From NCBI GenBank assembly GCA_964411925.1, contig CAYPNI010000002.1, positions 1,653 to 65,652 on the forward strand: a stretch of 64,000 bases of DNA, read 5' to 3'. A program made the translations under genes and the position numbers. Shown here one piece after another: positions 59,252-64,000 of this stretch. The first letter of the stretch is position 1, and every line of letters begins with the position of its first letter. Source of the stretch: an uncultured Nitrospirales bacterium. Its GTDB lineage: Bacteria; Hydrogenedentota; Hydrogenedentia; Hydrogenedentales; GCA-2746185. The notes under the pieces were generated by a model. The model did not search any database, had not been told where the DNA came from, and saw only the letters and a program-made list of their open reading frames with translations.

Positions 59252-60481
59252 TTATGCCACAGGCTGGGCCGCCAACTCGCGTTGCCGGATCATCGCGGGG
59301 ACCAGTTCGAAACCCTTGGGGAAGAGGACGCCGGCGCGCGCGGCTTCGCGCTCGTGATACTCCGTGAGACCGTTGGCGACGATTCCGGGACCATACAGAA
59401 CGAACGGAACGGGGCCGGGCGCGTGCGTGCGCGAGGCGATCGAGGTCACATGGTCGGGTGCGATGACGACGCGCACATCCCCACGATCGCGGGCGAAGTC
59501 GAGGCACGGCGCAACCACCTTCGCGTCGAAATCCTCGATCGCCTGCAGCTTGAGATCGGCACGGCCTTGATGGGCGGTCTCGTCGGGCGCTTCGACGTGG
59601 AGATAGGCGAAATCGTGGCGGTCGAGCGCCCGCAGGGCGGCGTCGACTTTTCCGTCGTAATTCGTGTCCAGATAACCGGTTACGCCTGGCACCCGGAGCA
59701 CCTCGAAACCGGCGCAGTGACCGATTCCGTTGACGAGGTCCACGGCCGAAACGACGGCACCGGAGATGCCGAACCGGTCCCGGTAGGGGGCGAGCCGAGG
59801 CGCGCCGCCCTGTCCCCAGAGCCAGATGCTGGTGGCCGGTAAGTGGCCCGCGTCGATGCGCCGGCCATGGAGCGGATGGGCGGCGAGGACCCCGCGCGAG
59901 GCGTCCATCAGGTCTAGAATTATAGAACTATTGTTTCCGTTTGGTATATAGTTAGAATACTCTTGATCTGTTATATCATGAGGCGGGGTGCACCGGAGCG
60001 CGCGCAGGTCCGCGAGTGCGGCGCGATCGGCGCGGATAAGACATAGGTTCCGGTAGCTGACCCCGGGGACGAAGCGGATGTCGGGCGTGCCGAGGGACTC
60101 ATTGAGCGCGCCGATGAGTTCGCGCGACTCCTCCGAGGTGATATGATCGGCGGTGAAATCCTTCATTCGGCCGTCCGCGAGCGTGACGAGATTGCAGCGG
60201 AAGACCAGTTCGTCGTCGCCGGGGACGATTCCCTGGTTGGCGGCCTCGAGCGGTGCGCGGCCGGTGAACGATTCGGCTGGGTCATAGCCGAAGCACGAGA
60301 GGTTTCCGATGTCGCTGCCGGCGGCGAACCCGTCCGGGATCGGGCAGAAGAGTCCCGAGATTCCCTCGCGGGCGGCCCGGTCCATCGCTGGCGTGTTGGC
60401 CGCTTCGAGTGGTGTGCGGTTGCCTAGTTCTGCGAGGGGGAAATCGGCCATGCCGTCGCCGAGCAGTACGATGAACTTCAC
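59252..60481 (-). CDS. apgM: Cofactor-independent phosphoglycerate mutase, archaeal type (ApgM)
   Basis: MKFIVLLGDGMADFP..., AP-superfamily metal ligands, C-terminal HVEAPDETAHQG. Contains an in-frame AT-rich patch at 59911-59982. Confidence 0.85.
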   Translation of the reverse strand: MKFIVLLGDGMADFPLAELGNRTPLEAANTPAMDRAAREGISGLFCPIPDGFAAGSDIGNLSCFGYDPAESFTGRAPLEAANQGIVPGDDELVFRCNLVTLADGRMKDFTADHITSEESRELIGALNESLGTPDIRFVPGVSYRNLCLIRADRAALADLRALRCTPPHDITDQEYSNYIPNGNNSSIILDLMDASRGVLAAHPLHGRRIDAGHLPATSIWLWGQGGAPRLAPYRDRFGISGAVVSAVDLVNGIGHCAGFEVLRVPGVTGYLDTNYDGKVDAALRALDRHDFAYLHVEAPDETAHQGRADLKLQAIEDFDAKVVAPCLDFARDRGDVRVVIAPDHVTSIASRTHAPGPVPFVLYGPGIVANGLTEYHEREAARAGVLFPKGFELVPAMIRQRELAAQPVA

Positions 60482-60568
60482 GATGGTCGGGTCCTCTTAT
60501 GGGGTGTTGGGAGGTGGCTAATCTACGTATTTCGAGAGGCACGGTGCAAGGTTTTCTGCGGGTGATCG

Positions 60569-61255
60569 ATGTCTGCGAACTGGCCTAAGACGCTGGCCGC
60601 CCTGCGCCTGCTGAGAGATTGCTGCCCGATTCCCGCGGAGGACGAGTATTTGGGGTTTTGCGATCGGTACCAGCAGCTTTGTTCCACGTGGAACCCAGCC
60701 GCAAAGCTCCTGTCCAAGATCGACATTGAGAACCGGTTCGACGCGCATATTTCAGACTCGCTGAGTCTACTTCCGTACGTTCGGGCCGCGATCAGCGCCG
60801 GCGTGCAAGAGTATGTCGATATCGGACCTGGAGCCGGGTTCCCCGCGGTGCCCATTCTGGCGGCTGGCATCGAAGTCCAGACTCGCCTGATCGAAAGGAG
60901 TGCCAAGAAGTGCGAGTTCTTGGGACTGGCCGTCGCACGCCTCGGACTTGCAGCGGTCTCGCTTGTTCAGGCGGAGTATCCGCACTACGCCGCAACCAGC
61001 AGCCCGAAGGTCTATACAGCTCGAGCGACAGACAATCCTGATACGCTCGATGAGCGACTAATGGAGCGTCTGCTCGACACTGACCTATACCTTGCCCAGC
61101 GGGCGGTGAACGTGACACGTTCCGGGCTGAGCTCATTCAAAATTCAAGATGCGTTCGATCGGCATTCACTCCGCCGATCGGAATTGTATGTCGTGAGTCA
61201 GACGACGATGATTGAGAGGTTCCACGTGGAACCTGTCCTTCTACCCTTCCGCTGA
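60569..61255 (+). CDS. rsmG: 16S rRNA (guanine527-N7)-methyltransferase RsmG/GidB-like
   Basis: DIGPGAGFPAVPILAAG SAM-binding motif (compare E. coli DVGTGPGLPGIPLSIV). GC lower than the window average. Confidence 0.7.
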   Translation: MSANWPKTLAALRLLRDCCPIPAEDEYLGFCDRYQQLCSTWNPAAKLLSKIDIENRFDAHISDSLSLLPYVRAAISAGVQEYVDIGPGAGFPAVPILAAGIEVQTRLIERSAKKCEFLGLAVARLGLAAVSLVQAEYPHYAATSSPKVYTARATDNPDTLDERLMERLLDTDLYLAQRAVNVTRSGLSSFKIQDAFDRHSLRRSELYVVSQTTMIERFHVEPVLLPFR

Positions 61256-61564
61256 GTCATGCACTCGCGAAAACTATCCACAGCGCGATCCCGTCCACCG
61301 CGGCTATACAGAGGGGTCGGTTTTTCACCATGCCACAACGAACGGAATCCAACACCGGTGTCAGAAGGAAAGCCCGACGCGGCCCGACTTATCCACAAAC
61401 CGTCCACGAGAACGCTGATTCCGAGAGAACATGACTCGATCGGAGCGAAATCGATGCATTCGTAACCTATATAACTATCTCTATATAGTTCGCGATTGCC
61501 TTCCCGACCGCCTCCTTGTGATTCAATGCCCGTTCGCGACCTGCGAACGAAGGAGGATGCATCC

Positions 61565-62353
61565 GTGAAACCGATTCCAAGCAACTCTTGGTTCCCGCTA
61601 CTGGGGCTTGCGTGCGCGCTGCTGTCCGCCTGGGACGCCCGCGGCGCGGAGTGGGACCACGTCCACGTCCTCGCGCCGGACACGGCAGAAGCGGCCGAGT
61701 GGTATGCCAAGCACTTCAATGGCGAGGTGACCAAGGCGGGGCCATTCGACGCCGTAGTATTCGGCGGTTGCCTCGTAAAGTTTCGAAGGAGCGTTGCCGA
61801 GACGCGCGGCAGCGAGGGATCGGCCATCGACCATCTCGGCTTCTCGGTGCCGGATCTGGCCGCGAAAATGGCCGAATTAAAGGCCGCCGGCGTAGCGGTG
61901 GTCGCGGAGCCAAAGCGGATCGAATCCGCGGGATTCAGTTACGCCTTCGTGGCCGATCCGTGGGGGACGCGCATCGAGGTGTTGGACGATGCGGACCTGC
62001 AGGGGTTTCACCACCTGCACCTGAAGTCACCGGATCCTTCCGCAACAGTTAAATGGTATTCCGAAATGTTCGGCGGCGAAATCGTGACGTTTAAGGGGAT
62101 GGCCGCGTTGCCCGCGATTCGCTACGAGGGTATGTGGCTGGTGGTGCAACAGGGCGAGGGCGTCGAGCCCTCCACGGGGCATTCCATCGACCATCTGGGC
62201 TGGAAATTTGGGGATTTCGACGCCGCGTTGGGCCGACTTCGGGCGGCGGGCGTCAGGTTCGCGACAGAGCCGCAGCCGGCGGAACGGCCCACGATGGCCT
62301 ACATCCTGGGGCCGGATGACGTGAAGATCGAGGTCGTCCGGGCGGCCGAGTGA
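61565..62353 (+). CDS. Secreted two-domain VOC (glyoxalase/bleomycin-resistance/dioxygenase) family protein
   Basis: Signal peptide VKPIPSNSWFPLLGLACALLSAWDARGA. Two IDHLGF/IDHLGW-type VOC modules. AAGGAGG SD 8 nt before the GTG. Confidence 0.7.
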   Translation: MKPIPSNSWFPLLGLACALLSAWDARGAEWDHVHVLAPDTAEAAEWYAKHFNGEVTKAGPFDAVVFGGCLVKFRRSVAETRGSEGSAIDHLGFSVPDLAAKMAELKAAGVAVVAEPKRIESAGFSYAFVADPWGTRIEVLDDADLQGFHHLHLKSPDPSATVKWYSEMFGGEIVTFKGMAALPAIRYEGMWLVVQQGEGVEPSTGHSIDHLGWKFGDFDAALGRLRAAGVRFATEPQPAERPTMAYILGPDDVKIEVVRAAE

Positions 62354-62362
62354 AGGTGGCTC

Positions 62363-63454
62363 CTAGCGGGTCGACGGGATCTCGTGGGTCAGGCAGTGAA
62401 GAGTGCCGAGGCCCCAGACAAGATCGACGGCGTGGATGCCGACGACGGCGCGTTTGGGAAAGAGTTCGGCGAGGATGCCCAGAGCGACGCGATCGTTCGG
62501 GTCGTTGAAGGTCGGGACGAGGATGCGATTATTGGCGATGTAGAAGTTGGCGTAGCTGGCGGGGAGGCGGACGCCGTCGAAGGACAGCGGGGCGGGCATG
62601 GGCAGATCGACGACGTCGATCTTGCGGCCGTCGGCATCGGTGGCGCCCTGGAGCCGTTCGCGGTTCTCGGCCAGGGGGCGGTAGTTCGCGTCTCGGCGGT
62701 TCGACTCGCGACATAGTACAACAGTATTTCGATTCACGAACCGGGCGAGATCGTCCACGTGTCCATGGGTGTCGTCACCGGCGATGCCGCGCCCCAGCCA
62801 GAGGACTTTTCGGATGCCGAGATATTCGGCGAACACCGCCTCGTAGTCCGCGCGGTTGAAGCCAGGATTTCGGACCTGGGTCCGCGGGTCGAGCAGGCAC
62901 TCCTCGGTCGTCAGCAGCGTGCCGGCGCCGTTTCCGTCGATGGCGCCACCCTCGAGGACGACGTGCCGGCGGGCGTGAATCGCCTTTAGAACCGGGGCTT
63001 TCAGGCGTTGTCCGAGGAGCCGGGGGACCTTCGCGTCGCGCCGCCAATCGGGGTACTTGGCCCAGGCGTTGAACGCGAAGTGGACGGCCTGGAGCGACGT
63101 TCTCCCCGAGGTCTTCTTCCGGACGAACGCCGGGCTGCAATCGCGCATCCAGCCGCGATCGAGGCGCGCGGGGATGAACACGACGCGGGCCAGATCGACC
63201 CCGGCCCGCTGCAGGATCGCGGCGATTTTGGGGCGTTCGCGCCGGGACGGGATGAGCAGGTGCACAGGTTCGGACGGGGATAGGGCACGAATGATTTCTG
63301 CGAACACCCAGGGGATGGGTTCGAACTTTCCGGGCCAATCGGCGCGATTCACGGGCCAGGCAAGGAGCGTGGCCTGGTGGGGCTCCCACTCGGCGGGAAA
63401 GCGGTAGCCGTGGGAGTTGAGGGAGCGGCGCTCGGCGGCTGCGAGACTGGTCAC
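62363..63454 (-). CDS. aguA: Agmatine deiminase
   Basis: FPAEWEPH, GAIDGNGAGTLLTTEECLL, GLGTLHCLT (catalytic Cys) motifs. Confidence 0.85.
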   Translation of the reverse strand: MTSLAAAERRSLNSHGYRFPAEWEPHQATLLAWPVNRADWPGKFEPIPWVFAEIIRALSPSEPVHLLIPSRRERPKIAAILQRAGVDLARVVFIPARLDRGWMRDCSPAFVRKKTSGRTSLQAVHFAFNAWAKYPDWRRDAKVPRLLGQRLKAPVLKAIHARRHVVLEGGAIDGNGAGTLLTTEECLLDPRTQVRNPGFNRADYEAVFAEYLGIRKVLWLGRGIAGDDTHGHVDDLARFVNRNTVVLCRESNRRDANYRPLAENRERLQGATDADGRKIDVVDLPMPAPLSFDGVRLPASYANFYIANNRILVPTFNDPNDRVALGILAELFPKRAVVGIHAVDLVWGLGTLHCLTHEIPSTR

Positions 63455-64000
63455 GTTTCGTCGATGAAGCGGCGAGTGATGTCGCCGTAGGCGTCGATGC
63501 GGCGGTCGCGGAGGAAGGGCCAGTTGCGGCGAATGGTCTCGAGGTGGTCGAGATCGATCTGTGCGATGAGGACCTCCTCCTTGTCCGTTGACGCTTCGGC
63601 GATGACCACGCCCTGCGGGTCGGCGATGAACGACGTGCCCCAGAACTCAAGGCCGGCCTGCTCGGCGACGGGCCGCTCGAAGCCGACCCGGTTGACCGCG
63701 GCGACATAGACGCCGTTGGCGATGGCGTGGCCGCGCTGGACGGTCATCCAGGCGTCGCGCTGGGCCGCGCCGTACTGGGCCTTCTCGTGCGGGTGCCAGC
63801 CGATGGCGGTCGGGTAGAAGATCACCGCGGCGCCGCGGAGCGCCGTGAGCCGGGCGGCCTCCGGGTACCACTGGTCCCAGCAGATGAGCGTGCCGACGCG
63901 GCCGTACCGGGTGTCGAAGGCCTGGAAGCCGCGGTCGCCGGGTGCAAAGTAATATTTTTCATAGTACGCGGGATCGTCGGGGATATGCATCTTGCGGTAC
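63451..64000 (-). CDS. aguB: N-carbamoylputrescine amidase (CN-hydrolase family), C-terminal part; the 5' end runs off the window end
   Basis: LICWDQWYPEAARLTALRGAAVIFYPTAIGW is the nitrilase-superfamily catalytic Cys box. ATGA overlap with aguA. Confidence 0.8.
   Translation of the reverse strand, partial: YRKMHIPDDPAYYEKYYFAPGDRGFQAFDTRYGRVGTLICWDQWYPEAARLTALRGAAVIFYPTAIGWHPHEKAQYGAAQRDAWMTVQRGHAIANGVYVAAVNRVGFERPVAEQAGLEFWGTSFIADPQGVVIAEASTDKEEVLIAQIDLDHLETIRRNWPFLRDRRIDAYGDITRRFIDET

Overview
This is a high-GC (roughly 65-68% by eye) Gram-negative bacterial chromosome segment with about 60 protein-coding genes. I found no rRNA, tRNA or CRISPR arrays. The gene content (LptF/G, LpxH, TolB-like and T2SS pseudopilin genes together with secreted ankyrin, sulfatase-like, Sel1 and TPR proteins) suggests a PVC/Planctomycetota-like organism, but the phylum call is uncertain.

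Core genes present:
- The 5' part of rpoB at the window start, on the minus strand, running off the left edge.
- Two signal peptidase I paralogs, each followed by LPS-related genes (lptF/lptG and lpxH).
- An MltD-like lytic transglycosylase with four LysM repeats.
- rpsU and an RluD-family pseudouridine synthase.
- cimA, an archaeal-type apgM, an rsmG-like methyltransferase, and aguA/aguB at the right edge.

Most notable is a roughly 3 kb, visibly lower-GC island at 33426-36375. It carries two tandem paralogs with an N-terminal cytoplasmic TIR domain, one transmembrane helix and C-terminal Sel1 repeats, a Toll-like-receptor-like topology. The island is bounded by near-identical 109-bp direct repeats at 33317-33425 and 36376-36484, each carrying a consensus TATAAT box on the minus strand. 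A degenerate third copy of the same promoter motif sits upstream of the adjacent kefB-like antiporter, next to a perfect 14-bp-arm AT-rich palindrome.

Other points of interest:
- An Hda/DnaA-like ATPase fused to a roughly 350-aa coiled coil, beside a PP2C phosphatase and a TolB-like propeller.
- An out-of-order GspI-J-K-F cluster next to ferritin and tpx.
- An in-frame AT-rich patch inside apgM.
- A sulfatase-like protein with Asn at the formylglycine position.
- A second low-GC islet at 56.1-57.6 kb encoding small secreted proteins with strong expression signals.
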